Shown: positions 29,424-39,179 of the stretch, piece by piece
Position numbering within the stretch: position 1 is the stretch's first letter
Layout of the letters: each line of letters starts with the position of its first letter
Source: Candidatus Velthaea sp.
GTDB taxonomy: Bacteria > Vulcanimicrobiota > Vulcanimicrobiia > Vulcanimicrobiales > Vulcanimicrobiaceae
Direction of reading: 5' to 3'
NCBI GenBank assembly: GCA_050012475.1
Contig: JBEKHC010000027.1
Span: 1 to 53,109, forward strand
DNA: 53,109 bases
Position numbers and translations under genes: made by a program
The notes under the pieces: model-generated
Databases searched by the model: none
The model's input: the letters and a program-made list of their open reading frames with translations, nothing else
Told to the model about the DNA's origin: nothing

Positions 29424-30286
29424 ACACGCACGTTGGTTTGGACGGCGCCGAGTGCCGCGAGCGCGATCGTCGCGAAATACGCCAGAGCGATCGCCCCGCG
29501 CAGCGGGGCCGGCGTTTGCAGCACGCGCGGGTCGACGACGCCGCGCCAGGCGGCGATCGCCCGCGGAATCGAAGACGCGCCGATGAGGATCAAGAACAGC
29601 CACGCGATCGGATGATTGAGTCCCGTAAACAGCAGATACCCGACGAAGAGCACCAAACCGAACATCCACAAGCGTGGATCGATCGTTCCCGCCACCCGGC
29701 CGCCGTCGAGCGGCAGCACCGGGATCAAATTAAAGAGGTTGAGGAAATAGCCGATGTGCGCGGCGACGATCCAAAACGGGTTGGCGGTCGCCATGCCGTA
29801 CGCTTGACAGATGGCCGATGCGGCGATACCGACCGCCGGCCCGGCCAGCGCCGATGCGGCGTCTTGAACGTTATTGGCCGTGAGTTGCTTCTGCGCGACG
29901 AACGCGCCCAAGCCCGGAATGAAATACGGCAGCGACACGTCGACGCCGAAGCCGCGCAGCACGACCCAGTGGCCCATCTCGTGGACCAAGATCAAGAGCA
30001 CGAACACGACGCCGAGCTTCCAGCCGAACGCGAGCGCATAGAACCAAATCGACACGAAGATCGAGGAGAAACTCAAGAGCAGTTTGCTGCCGATGAGAAC
30101 CCATTTCAACGAGAGCGCCAGCGCCAGGATCGTCTTGAATTTCGCCGCGATGAGCGCCGCAGCGACGAGCGCTCCGCCGGCGCCGTTGCGCCAGCCTTTG
30201 CGCGGCGGCGCTGACGGACGCGGCGGGGGTGCGGAGCCGGGCGGCTGATATTCGCCTTCGATGTGCGAAGGCTGATCTTCGTGCAT
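29420..30286 (-). CDS. Site-2 protease (M50 family)
   Basis: HEMGH zinc motif, LAGP and FNLIPVLPLDGG; multiple TM helices. Confidence 0.92.
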   Translation of the reverse strand: MHEDQPSHIEGEYQPPGSAPPPRPSAPPRKGWRNGAGGALVAAALIAAKFKTILALALSLKWVLIGSKLLLSFSSIFVSIWFYALAFGWKLGVVFVLLILVHEMGHWVVLRGFGVDVSLPYFIPGLGAFVAQKQLTANNVQDAASALAGPAVGIAASAICQAYGMATANPFWIVAAHIGYFLNLFNLIPVLPLDGGRVAGTIDPRLWMFGLVLFVGYLLFTGLNHPIAWLFLILIGASSIPRAIAAWRGVVDPRVLQTPAPLRGAIALAYFATIALAALGAVQTNVRV

Positions 30287-30310
30287 GACCGGGGCTTTCG
30301 CGCACGACCC

Positions 30311-30850
30311 GTGCCGGTCCGTGATTGGCAGCCCGAGCTGCCGGCCGGCACCTTGCAAAGCGTGATCCTGCATTGGACGGCCGGCGACTATGCGACGGTC
30401 TTTCCGGCGTATCATTTCTGCCTGAGCGGTGCCTCGAATGTCCTCGTTCACGCCACGCACGACTTGCGCGCGAACATGCGCGATCTGCGAACGGACGCTG
30501 CGGGGCCATACGCGGCACACACGCAGGGCCGCAACAGCTTCGCCGCGGGCCTGGCCGTCTGTGCCATGCGCTCGGCAACTCCGTCGGATTTCGGCTTCTA
30601 CCCGCTGCATACCGAGCAGGTCGCGGCGTTGTGCGCCGTCGCAGCGACGCTCGTGCGGTTTTACGGCATCGCGCTCGACGCTGTCCGAACGCATGCCGAA
30701 GCGGCGCTCGAGGACGGATACTTCGGCGCCGAGAGCGACGACGTGCGCTGGGACATCGCCCGGCTCGAACCGTCCAAGGCGGCGCTGCAGCGCAGCGAGG
30801 CGCACGCTGTCGGCGACGAGTTGCGCCGGCGCATTGCCGTGCTCGGCTGA
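30311..30850 (+). CDS. N-acetylmuramoyl-L-alanine amidase (Amidase_2)-like protein
   Basis: VILHWTAG, YHF, AAHTQGRNS and VRTHAE zinc-amidase pattern. Start uncertain. Confidence 0.8.
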   Translation: MPVRDWQPELPAGTLQSVILHWTAGDYATVFPAYHFCLSGASNVLVHATHDLRANMRDLRTDAAGPYAAHTQGRNSFAAGLAVCAMRSATPSDFGFYPLHTEQVAALCAVAATLVRFYGIALDAVRTHAEAALEDGYFGAESDDVRWDIARLEPSKAALQRSEAHAVGDELRRRIAVLG

Positions 30851-30903
30851 AGTTTCCGTGCCCAGCGCTGCATGAGCGGTCCGTGAACGGGGAAAGAGAA
30901 AGG

Positions 30904-31089
30904 GTGCGACAGCTCAACACCGGACGCGATCCGCGTGCTCGCGCGATTGCGGCGGTGCTGTGGTCGCTCTTTTGGCTCACGGTAGCGACGGTCGTCCTGA
31001 TGATGTGGCATCCATGGGTCATCGGTGCGCAAGCGGGATGTCCGGCGGGACAACGCACGGGGTGGGACGGTCACTGTCAGAGCGTTTAG
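30904..31089 (+). CDS. Small single-pass membrane protein (61 aa)
   Basis: GTG after purine-rich GAAAGAGAAAGG; hydrophobic AIAAVLWSLFWLTVATVVLMMW followed by a C-x11-C tail. Confidence 0.55.
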   Translation: MRQLNTGRDPRARAIAAVLWSLFWLTVATVVLMMWHPWVIGAQAGCPAGQRTGWDGHCQSV

Positions 31090-31134
31090 TTCCATACCAT
31101 ACCATGCGCACCCGTTTTTGGGATCGCGACCGAT

Positions 31135-31153
31135 AAAACGTTTGAAACGTTTT
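31135..31153. promoter_or_regulatory. Perfect inverted repeat, candidate operator upstream of ndh
   Basis: AAAACGTTT-G-AAACGTTTT in an AT-rich patch 22 nt before the ATG. Confidence 0.55.
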
Positions 31154-31175
31154 TAGAAAGTATGATTCGTCGACT

Positions 31176-32489
31176 ATGCCTATTCCACAAATTTTGATTC
31201 TCGGCGGCGGCTTCGCCGGTGTCGCCGTCGCCCGGCGGCTCGAAGCGCGGTTGCGCGAGCGTGAAGCCTCCATCACCCTGGTCAGCCGGGACAATTTCAC
31301 GCTCTTCACGCCGATGCTGCCCGAAGTCTGCTCGGGTGGAATCGAAACCCGCCACATCGTCTCGCCCGTGCGCGGGCAGCTCGAGCGCACGCAATACGTT
31401 TTGGGCGAGATCGTGCGCATCGATCTCGATGCCAAGCGCGTGGAGTTGCAGCATACGATCACCGGGACCACGATGACCTTGAGCTTCGACCATCTGGTCC
31501 TTGCCCTGGGCTCGGTCACGTCGACGTTCAATATTCCCGGCGTTGCCGAACACTCGCTGCCGCTCAAGACGATCGAAGATGCGGAGACACTGCGCAATCG
31601 CATCATCGCGACGCTCGAATTGGCCGACGTCGCGGTCGATCCCGCCGAACGCGCGCGCCTGCTGTCGTATGCCGTGGTCGGCGGCGGTTACACCGGCTGC
31701 GAAGCCGTCGGTGAACTCAGCGATCTGTTCCGCAGCATCACGAAATACTACAAGACGATTCGCCAAGAAGAGATCAAGGTTTGGCTAGTCGAGGCCGGCA
31801 AAAAGTTGCTGCCCGATCTGCCCGAACGCATGGGCGAATACACCACCGAACATCTGCGCGACCGCGGAATTCGACTCGAAATCGGCGACGGCGTTTCGCT
31901 CGTCGATGAAAACGGGATCACGCTGCAGAGCGGGCGGCGCATCGAAACCGCGACGGTGATCTGGAGCGCCGGCGTGCGTCCCGCTCCGGCCGTGCTCGAT
32001 CTGCCCGTCGAACATGCGCGCAACGGCGGGCTCTTCACCGAACGCGACATGCAAGTGCGCGGCCGTCCGGGCGTTTGGGCGTTGGGCGACTGTGCGTGGA
32101 TTCCCACCGCCAAGGCCGATTGCTGGTATCCGCCGACGGCGCAGCATGCGATTCGCGAAGGTCCGGCGCTGGCCGACAACATCATCGCGACCCTGCGCAA
32201 CGAGCCGACCAAGCCGTTCAACTTTACCGCGCTGGGCACGATGGCGTCGCTGGGCGGCCGGCGCGGCGTGGTCGCGTTTCCCAACGGCTTCATCCTCACC
32301 GGATTCTTGGCTTGGGTCTTGTGGCGGACGTACTACTTGGCGCGATTGCCCGGAATCGACCGGCGTTTGCGCGTCACCTTCGACTGGACGCTCGATCTGT
32401 TTTTCTCACGCGACATCGCCGAGTTTCGGGTCTACACGCAGCGGGCGCATCACAGCGCGGCCGCCGATGCCGGCTTGGTGCCCAAGTAA
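31176..32489 (+). CDS. ndh: Type II NADH dehydrogenase-family FAD-dependent oxidoreductase
   Basis: ILGGGFAG, FTPMLPEV, VVGGGYTGCE, IWSAGV, ALGDCA and PPTAQHA motifs. Confidence 0.9.
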   Translation: MPIPQILILGGGFAGVAVARRLEARLREREASITLVSRDNFTLFTPMLPEVCSGGIETRHIVSPVRGQLERTQYVLGEIVRIDLDAKRVELQHTITGTTMTLSFDHLVLALGSVTSTFNIPGVAEHSLPLKTIEDAETLRNRIIATLELADVAVDPAERARLLSYAVVGGGYTGCEAVGELSDLFRSITKYYKTIRQEEIKVWLVEAGKKLLPDLPERMGEYTTEHLRDRGIRLEIGDGVSLVDENGITLQSGRRIETATVIWSAGVRPAPAVLDLPVEHARNGGLFTERDMQVRGRPGVWALGDCAWIPTAKADCWYPPTAQHAIREGPALADNIIATLRNEPTKPFNFTALGTMASLGGRRGVVAFPNGFILTGFLAWVLWRTYYLARLPGIDRRLRVTFDWTLDLFFSRDIAEFRVYTQRAHHSAAADAGLVPK

Positions 32490-32502
32490 CGTTGCGCGCC
32501 GG

Positions 32503-33522
32503 TCACACCCAGGGATCGTGCGCGCCGGCGTACACGTCGGCGTAGAGGTCTTCGGCTTCCGGTAAGGGTTCGCGTTCAACGGCGTCGGTCGCCGCATTGA
32601 CGAGTTGCGTGATCGCCTCGCGTTCGGCGTGCGCGAAGGCTGCGTCGATCACATGTGCTTCGATCAAGCGCGCCTCGAACGTCGGGAGCGGGTCGTTGAC
32701 GCGCTGTTCGGCGATCTCTTCGGGCGTGCGATAGGTGCGGTCGTCGTCGTCGGTCGTATGCGCGAGGAACCGATAGCACTTGGCCTCCACCAAGCACGGA
32801 CCGGCTCCGGAAACGACGTACGCGCGCGCGTCGCGCACGGTTCGATACACGGCGACGGGGTCGAAGCCGTCGCAGACGACGCCGCGCATCCCGTAACCCG
32901 CGGCGCGCTGGTGGACGTCGGGGACCGCCATCTGCTTGGAGATGTGCGTCGAGATCGCCCACTGGTTGTTCTCGCACACGAAAATCACCGGCAGCTTGTG
33001 GACCGCCGCGAAGTTCAGCGATTCATGCCACTCGCCCGCGCTCGTCGCGCCTTCGCCGAATTGGGCGAACACCGCCCGGTCGCGCTGTTTGCGCGCGCGC
33101 AGGGCCCAAGCGGCGCCCACGGCGTGCGGCAGCTGTGCGGCGATGATCGAACTGATCGAGGCGATGCCGGCCGCCCTGCTGGTGACGTGATTGGTGAACG
33201 AACGGCCGCCGCTGCGGTCGCTGCGGCGCGAAAACTGCGAGCGCAACACGTCTTCGAGCGGAAAGCCGCAGGCCAGGATGAGCCCCGTGTTGCGGTAGTA
33301 CGGATAGAGCAGATCTTGGCCGCGCTCGAAGGCCAGGCCCGTTCCGGCTTGGATCGCCTCGTGCCCCTCGGAGCCCATGGCGATGGCGATCTTGCCCTGC
33401 CGGTTGAGCTGATAGCCGCGAGTATCGACCGCGCGATGCACGAGCATGTTGTGGTACAGCGCAAGCAGCTGCTCGCGCGGAAGCTGGTCGTGGATGGGCT
33501 CCGAGGTGCTCACGTCGGCCAT
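32503..33522 (-). CDS. 2-oxoacid dehydrogenase E1 alpha subunit (branched-chain type-like)
   Basis: RQGKI, GHEAIQ, PYYR, GEGATSAGEWHESLNFA...ENNQWAIS TPP motif and YRFLAHTTDDD. Confidence 0.92.
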   Translation of the reverse strand: MADVSTSEPIHDQLPREQLLALYHNMLVHRAVDTRGYQLNRQGKIAIAMGSEGHEAIQAGTGLAFERGQDLLYPYYRNTGLILACGFPLEDVLRSQFSRRSDRSGGRSFTNHVTSRAAGIASISSIIAAQLPHAVGAAWALRARKQRDRAVFAQFGEGATSAGEWHESLNFAAVHKLPVIFVCENNQWAISTHISKQMAVPDVHQRAAGYGMRGVVCDGFDPVAVYRTVRDARAYVVSGAGPCLVEAKCYRFLAHTTDDDDRTYRTPEEIAEQRVNDPLPTFEARLIEAHVIDAAFAHAEREAITQLVNAATDAVEREPLPEAEDLYADVYAGAHDPWV

Positions 33523-33575
33523 GCGTGCTGTTTTGCCGGGCGGACGCGGAATGCCCGGTGCGCGCGCCGCCGGAC

Positions 33576-34994
33576 TCACCGGCTCGACAGCGGCAGCGCG
33601 ATGTCTTCGAGGCTCTTGCCTTCGGCATCGACGCCGAAGAGCGCCGCGACCGTTCCGCCGGCGATCATGAGCGCTGCGGCGAAGGCGTAGCCGTAACACA
33701 CGCGCAGCGGGTCGTTGCTGGCGATGAGTGCGCCGAACAACGACGGCGCGACGGCGCCGCCGACGAGCGTTCCGACCGCGAACACGATCGCGATCGCCAG
33801 CGCCCTCGCTTCGAGCGGAAAGATCTCGCTGGCCGTCAAGTAGGCCGCGCTGGCGCCGGCGGAGGCGAAGAAGAAGACGATGGTCCAGCACAGCGTGATC
33901 GTCACCGCGTCGAGCTTGCCGGCGATGAACAGCAGGCCGGTTCCCAACAGCAGCAGACCCGACAAGATGTAGGTGCCCGCGATCAGCGGCCGGCGGCCGA
34001 CGACGTCGAACAAACGTCCCAGCAACAGCGGACCGGCGAGGTTGCCGACGGCGAACGCGAGATAGTAGGCCGGAATCGCGCTGTCGGGCACGTGGAAAAA
34101 CGTGCCCAACACGAGTCCTTGCGTGAACGTGAACGCATTGTAAATGAAGGCCTGGGTCGACATCAGCGTCAACGCGACCAGCGCGCGCGTGCGGTAATCG
34201 CGCCACATCGCGGTGAAGATCGAAGCGAGCGTCGCGCGATGCGCCGTGTCAATCGCGATCCGGCGGTCGCCCGTCGCGGGAAGTTCCCTTGCGTGGTCGC
34301 GACGGATGCGCGTTTCGATCTCGTCGACGATCGTGTGGGCCTCGTCCGGTTTGCCGTGCGTGAGCAGCCAACGCGGACTTTCCGGGACGCTGTTGCGAAC
34401 GAACAGCACCGCAACGGCGAGCAGCGCGCCCGAACCAAACGCCAACCGCCAGCCGTAGCGTTGATCGACGAGGTGCGGATCGAGCAGCACGAGCGCCGCC
34501 AAACTGCCCAGAATCGTTCCCAGCCACCAGGTCCCGTTGATGGCAAGATCCACCGTGCCGCGGTGCCGCGACGGGATCAGCTCGTCGATCGCCGAGTTGA
34601 TGGCAGCGTACTCGCCGCCCAGTCCAAAACCGGTCAGAAATCGAAAGACCAGAAAACTGGTGAAGTTCCAAGAGAACGCCGTCGCGATCGTCAGCGCGAG
34701 ATACATGCCCAGGGTGATGAGGAAGAGTTTCTTGCGGCCGAATTTGTCGGTGAGATAGCCGAAGAACAAGGCCCCGGCCGCAGCGCCGACGAGATACGTG
34801 CTGGCGGCCGCCGTGAACTGCACGTCGTGCAATCCCAAACCATTCGCGGTTTTGAGCGTCGGCGCGACGTTGCCGACGATCGTTACTTCGAGTCCGTCGA
34901 GCACCCAGGTGATGCCGAGGCCGACGACGACCGACCAGTGCCAGCGGCTCCAGGGCAACCGGTCGAGCCGAAACGGGACATCGGATGAGATCAC
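33576..34994 (-). CDS. MFS transporter
   Basis: TDKFGRKK and FDVVGRR MFS loops; RFLTGFGLGGE, VPESPRWL and SEIFPLEAR motifs. Confidence 0.93.
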   Translation of the reverse strand: MISSDVPFRLDRLPWSRWHWSVVVGLGITWVLDGLEVTIVGNVAPTLKTANGLGLHDVQFTAAASTYLVGAAAGALFFGYLTDKFGRKKLFLITLGMYLALTIATAFSWNFTSFLVFRFLTGFGLGGEYAAINSAIDELIPSRHRGTVDLAINGTWWLGTILGSLAALVLLDPHLVDQRYGWRLAFGSGALLAVAVLFVRNSVPESPRWLLTHGKPDEAHTIVDEIETRIRRDHARELPATGDRRIAIDTAHRATLASIFTAMWRDYRTRALVALTLMSTQAFIYNAFTFTQGLVLGTFFHVPDSAIPAYYLAFAVGNLAGPLLLGRLFDVVGRRPLIAGTYILSGLLLLGTGLLFIAGKLDAVTITLCWTIVFFFASAGASAAYLTASEIFPLEARALAIAIVFAVGTLVGGAVAPSLFGALIASNDPLRVCYGYAFAAALMIAGGTVAALFGVDAEGKSLEDIALPLSSR

Positions 34995-35099
34995 GCGCGG
35001 GCCCACCCGGCCTGCGTTCCCGCGAACGGGCAAACTCCCCGCGGCGCAAGCGAACCGTGGCCTGCCGCACGTCGCTCGCGGCGGGGTAAAGGCCATTCG

Positions 35100-36491
35100 A
35101 TGGACGAGCGATACGATGTGTGCGTCATCGGCGCAGGGACCGCCGGTTTCAGCGCGGCTCAAGCGGCGGACGAGGCCGGGTTGCGCGCGGTGACGATCAG
35201 CGGCCCCGGAGCGCTGGGCGGAACCTGCATCCTGCGCGGCTGCATGCCGGCGAAAACACTGCTGGCCTCAACCGAGCGTTTGGGCGACGTCGACAACGCA
35301 GCCGGCGTCGGCGTCGAGGCGGATCACGCGCACGTGGACATCCCGGCGATCATCGATCGCAAACGCGAACTCGTCGACTATTTTGCCGCCGACCGGGTGC
35401 GCGATCTCGAACGCTTCGATATCGTGCGCGGCTGCGCGCGTTTCGTCGCGCGCGATGCCCTCGAGGTGGCCGGGCGGCGGATTTGCGCCCGCCGGTTCAT
35501 TTTGGCGACCGGCTCCCGCATCGTTGCGCCGCCCATTCCGGGTCTAGAACGAGTTGGATTCCTCGTCAGCGATGACGTGCTTGAAATGAGAAGCGTTCCG
35601 CCTGCCGTCGCAGTGCTCGGCGGCGGACCGGTGGGCTGCGAGTTCGCCCAGTATTTCGCGCGCTTGGGTGCGCGGGTCACGCTGCTGCAAGACGGTCCGC
35701 AGCTTTTGCGCAACGAGGATCGCGATGTCGCCGACGCGGTCGCCGCGGCCTTGCGCGCCGACGGTGTCGACGTCGTGCTGGACGCCGCGATCGAGCATTG
35801 CGCGCGAGCCGGAAGCGACGCGGTCGTCAGTTATACGGCGGGCGGTTTTGCCGGCGCCGTGCACGTGCGAGCGCTGCTCCTCGCTACGGGTCGCGTTCCC
35901 AATATCGCGGGCCTCGATCTCGACCGCGCCGGCGTGTTGTGCGATGGTGACCGGATGGCGATCGACCCGTATTTGCGCACGACCAATCCGCACGTGTTCG
36001 CGGCCGGCGACGTCATCGGCCGGCGCTGTCTCGTCCACGTGGCGGCCTATGCCGGCCGGCTTGCCGTGCGCAACGCGTTTGCCGAGCATCCGCGACGCGC
36101 CGAATTCGATCGCTTCGAGGCGCATGCAATGTACACGCAGCCGCAAGTCGCGGTGGCCGGGTTGACGGAGCGCGATTGCCGCGCCCGCGGCTTGACGGTC
36201 CACGTCGAACGGCATCCGTTCAGTGATTTGGGTAAAGCGCTCGTCGCGAACGAGCGGGGCGGCTTCGTCAAGATGATCGCGGCCGACGACGGCCGGATCC
36301 TCGGAGTCGCCATTGTGGCCGGCGAGGCGATCGACTTGATCGGCGAGGCCATCGCGCTCATCGACCACGGCGCGACGATTGATGCCGTCGCGAACATGCC
36401 GCATCTCCATCCGACCATGGGCGAGATCTTCGGCCGGGTCGCCGAAGCCCTCGCTGCTACGGTGACGCGGTTCGGAAAACCAGCGGCGTGA
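35100..36491 (+). CDS. Class I pyridine nucleotide-disulfide oxidoreductase (dihydrolipoamide dehydrogenase/mercuric reductase family)
   Basis: VIGAGTAG, GGTCILRGCMP redox disulfide, LGGGPVGCE, ATGRVPN, AAGD and HPTMGE motifs. Confidence 0.9.
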   Translation: MDERYDVCVIGAGTAGFSAAQAADEAGLRAVTISGPGALGGTCILRGCMPAKTLLASTERLGDVDNAAGVGVEADHAHVDIPAIIDRKRELVDYFAADRVRDLERFDIVRGCARFVARDALEVAGRRICARRFILATGSRIVAPPIPGLERVGFLVSDDVLEMRSVPPAVAVLGGGPVGCEFAQYFARLGARVTLLQDGPQLLRNEDRDVADAVAAALRADGVDVVLDAAIEHCARAGSDAVVSYTAGGFAGAVHVRALLLATGRVPNIAGLDLDRAGVLCDGDRMAIDPYLRTTNPHVFAAGDVIGRRCLVHVAAYAGRLAVRNAFAEHPRRAEFDRFEAHAMYTQPQVAVAGLTERDCRARGLTVHVERHPFSDLGKALVANERGGFVKMIAADDGRILGVAIVAGEAIDLIGEAIALIDHGATIDAVANMPHLHPTMGEIFGRVAEALAATVTRFGKPAA

Positions 36492-36954
36492 AGACGATGC
36501 CGTCGGTGCGGCCGCGTTGATCCAACGCGTACAGAACCGAGACGGCGCCAGCACTGCCGGTCAGATCGTAGCGGTACACCAGGTCGTTCAACAGCAACGA
36601 CGCGCCGCGATACTGCACGGTCTGGAGTGCGCCGATGGCGGCTAGATCGGGTGACACGAGGGCAATGAAGGCATCGATGTAGGTGCCGCCGGCCTCCGGC
36701 GAATAGGTTCGGCGATCGATCCGTCCGCGCTGCCAGGCGCTGAACTCGCGCCGGACCCGCTCGGTCACCAGCGGGTTTTCGGCTGCCTGCGTCGCGGTGG
36801 GGAGCGGCGAAGGCGAGGCCGACGCATTGGGTCCCGGCGGCGTCATGAGCGGAACGGGCGTCGCCGGCGTTTGCGCTTGGGCGTGGCCGACAGCGCTTGC
36901 GAGCAGGACGAGGAGGAAAGAGGCGGCCGCGCGGGGCCGAGCTTGTGTCGCCAT
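36457..36954 (-). CDS. Secreted hypothetical protein
   Basis: Signal peptide (FLLVLLASAVGHAQA), Pro/Thr-rich linker and small globular domain. Confidence 0.7.
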   Translation of the reverse strand: MATQARPRAAASFLLVLLASAVGHAQAQTPATPVPLMTPPGPNASASPSPLPTATQAAENPLVTERVRREFSAWQRGRIDRRTYSPEAGGTYIDAFIALVSPDLAAIGALQTVQYRGASLLLNDLVYRYDLTGSAGAVSVLYALDQRGRTDGIVFTPLVFRTASP

Positions 36955-37030
36955 GACAAGCATGTGCCCCATGCGCGTGCTTCTACACGTGCAAAGGTTC
37001 CACTCGAGCTTGCGCCGGAATCTTGCGCCC

Positions 37031-37483
37031 ATGTATTTTCCCGAAGTTCAAGGTGAAAATCTGGCCGGACAACTGCTGTCTTTTCCGGCCGATTTTCGCG
37101 GTGCATGTACGATCGTGCTGGTCGCGTTCGATTTCAAGCAGCGCGCCGATCTCGACACCTGGGCGCCGTTCGTGGAACGGATGACGAACGGTGACGCCGC
37201 TCGGGCGCGGCTTTTTCCGGTGCTGCCGCAGGCCCTGCGCATGATGGAAAAAGCGATCGTGTTGACCATGCGCAAAGATGCGACGGAGCCGGTGGCGCGT
37301 GAGGCAACCGTGCCGCTCTTCGTCGATGTCGACGAGTTTTGCGCTGCGCTCGAGATCGCCGATCGCGCGCTCATCCATACCTTCGTGGTGGCCGAGGACG
37401 GCGCGATTCGCGCGCATTGCGCCGGCTTGTACGACGATGCTGCGGCGCGGACGATCGAAGCGCTGGTCGTCAAATCCGCGTGA
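37031..37483 (+). CDS. Hypothetical protein, possible thioredoxin-like fold without CxxC
   Basis: FPEVQGENLAG...FPADF...IVLVAF...W pattern; GTGA overlap with the downstream gene. Confidence 0.65.
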   Translation: MYFPEVQGENLAGQLLSFPADFRGACTIVLVAFDFKQRADLDTWAPFVERMTNGDAARARLFPVLPQALRMMEKAIVLTMRKDATEPVAREATVPLFVDVDEFCAALEIADRALIHTFVVAEDGAIRAHCAGLYDDAAARTIEALVVKSA

Positions 37484-37908
37484 CGGCGGAAGACGAGCTT
37501 GCGCGCCGATGCGCGACGGCGCTGCTCGAGCGCGATCGCGCGGCCCAAAGCCTAGGCATCACCATCGTTGAAAGCCGGGCCGGATTTGCTCGCTTGGCGA
37601 TGACGATAAGCGAAACGATGAGCATGGCCCACGGCATCGCGCACGGCGGAGTTCTTTTTACGTTCGCCGATACGGCCTTTGGCTATGCCTGCAACTCGCG
37701 CAATATTTGCTATGTCGCGCTCAACGCGTCGATCTCGTTCATCGCACCGGCTCGCTTGGGTGACCGGCTCGAAGCCATTGGCGAAGAGCGCTCAATGCGC
37801 GGTCGAACCGGTGTCTACGACATTACGATCACCCAAACGTCGGGCGAAACGGTAGCGATCTTCCGCGGCACCTGCTATCGCATCGCCGGCAGCGTGTTGT
37901 CCGAGTAG
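37480..37908 (+). CDS. paaI: Phenylacetate-pathway-like hotdog thioesterase
   Basis: HGIAHGGVLFTFADTAFGYACNS, GRTGVYDI and FRG motifs. Confidence 0.85.
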   Translation: MTAEDELARRCATALLERDRAAQSLGITIVESRAGFARLAMTISETMSMAHGIAHGGVLFTFADTAFGYACNSRNICYVALNASISFIAPARLGDRLEAIGEERSMRGRTGVYDITITQTSGETVAIFRGTCYRIAGSVLSE

Positions 37909-37944
37909 TCCGGCACCGGCGGGGAATCCTTGCCGGGTGAGCAC

Positions 37945-39174
37945 ATGACGGTCGCGACCGCTTCGGCACTGTTCATCGCGTTTTGCACGATGATCCTCGT
38001 CGGTGTGAGGCCCAAGGGCATCCCCGAGTGGATCTGGGCGGTCGCCGGCGCTGCGCTCCTTTGCGCGTTGCGAATCGAGCCGCTCGATGCGGCACTGCGC
38101 GCGATGAGCGCGCAATGGAACGTCGTGCTTTTCATCCTCGGGTTGATGGGGATCTCGGCGGCGGCCGAATGCAGCGGTCTGTTCGAATGGGTGACGGACG
38201 TCGTGCTCGAACGCGCCGGCGGCGTGCGCCGCCGATTGTTTGCGCTGCTGTTCACCATCGGCGGCCTGCTGACGGTCGTTCTATCGAACGACGCGACCGC
38301 GATCGTTTTCACGCCGGTCGTGTATCGGGCGGTCGCCAAACGCGGGATCGATGCGCTGCCGTATCTCTACGCGTGTACGTTCGTTGCCGACACCGCGTCA
38401 TTCGGGCTGCCGTTTTCCAATCCGGCAAACCTGCTGGTGATCGCACGGCCGGCGCTCGGCGCATACGCCGCGCATCTCGGACCGCCGATGCTCGTCGCAT
38501 TCGCGCTCAATTTGGCGGTGTTCTTCGTCCTGTTCCGCAAGCAGTTGCGGGGCCGGTACGAGGCCGGGCGAGCCGAACCACTGACGCCGCGCGCCCGGCG
38601 CACGCTCATCGCGATGCTGGGCGTTGCCGTCGCCTATGTGGCGGCTTTGCTCGTCGATTGGCCGCTGGGGCCGGTCGCGCTCGGGGGAGCGTTCGTCGCC
38701 CTTGCCGTTGCGGGGGTCGGGCCGCGCGCGGCCGCGGATCGCATCGGCTGGCCGACGTTCGTCTTGCTCGCGGGCCTGTTCGTTCTCCTCGACGCCGTTT
38801 CGCGCGTCGGACTCGTCGGTTGGGCGCTGCAATGGGTGCACGATGCCGAACGCGACGGACGCCTGGTCACGATTTTGGGCGCGGCATTCGGCTCGGCGCT
38901 GGCCTCCAACGTGCTCAACAATCTCCCGGTCGCCATTCTTTCGGGCAACATCGTCGCACATGCGAATGCGAGCCCGTTGGCGTACGCATTGATCGCGGGC
39001 GTCGATCTCGGTCCGAACCTCACCACGACCGGCTCTCTGGCCACCATTCTCTGGCTGGCCATTCTGCGCGAGCGCGGAGTGGAAGTCCGGCCGCTCGAAT
39101 ATCTGCGCCTCGGCTTGAGCGTCGTCCCGGCGATGCTCCTGGTCACGTCGCTGTGGCTCTGGTTCCTGCACTAA
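37945..39174 (+). CDS. ArsB/NhaD-family anion transporter
   Basis: SNDATAIVFTP, ADTASFGLPFSNPANL, NNLP and GVDLGPNLTTTGSLATILW motifs. Confidence 0.9.
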   Translation: MTVATASALFIAFCTMILVGVRPKGIPEWIWAVAGAALLCALRIEPLDAALRAMSAQWNVVLFILGLMGISAAAECSGLFEWVTDVVLERAGGVRRRLFALLFTIGGLLTVVLSNDATAIVFTPVVYRAVAKRGIDALPYLYACTFVADTASFGLPFSNPANLLVIARPALGAYAAHLGPPMLVAFALNLAVFFVLFRKQLRGRYEAGRAEPLTPRARRTLIAMLGVAVAYVAALLVDWPLGPVALGGAFVALAVAGVGPRAAADRIGWPTFVLLAGLFVLLDAVSRVGLVGWALQWVHDAERDGRLVTILGAAFGSALASNVLNNLPVAILSGNIVAHANASPLAYALIAGVDLGPNLTTTGSLATILWLAILRERGVEVRPLEYLRLGLSVVPAMLLVTSLWLWFLH

Positions 39175-39179
39175 TCATG

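Noticed and set aside
35100..36491. Mercuric reductase merA
   Set aside because: No C-terminal Cys-Cys pair, no NmerA domain and no mer operon genes; it retains the HPT-x-x-E motif of lipoamide dehydrogenase-like enzymes.
37945..39174. Arsenic resistance operon
   Set aside because: Only an ArsB/NhaD-family permease is present, without arsR, arsC or arsA; the substrate cannot be assigned.
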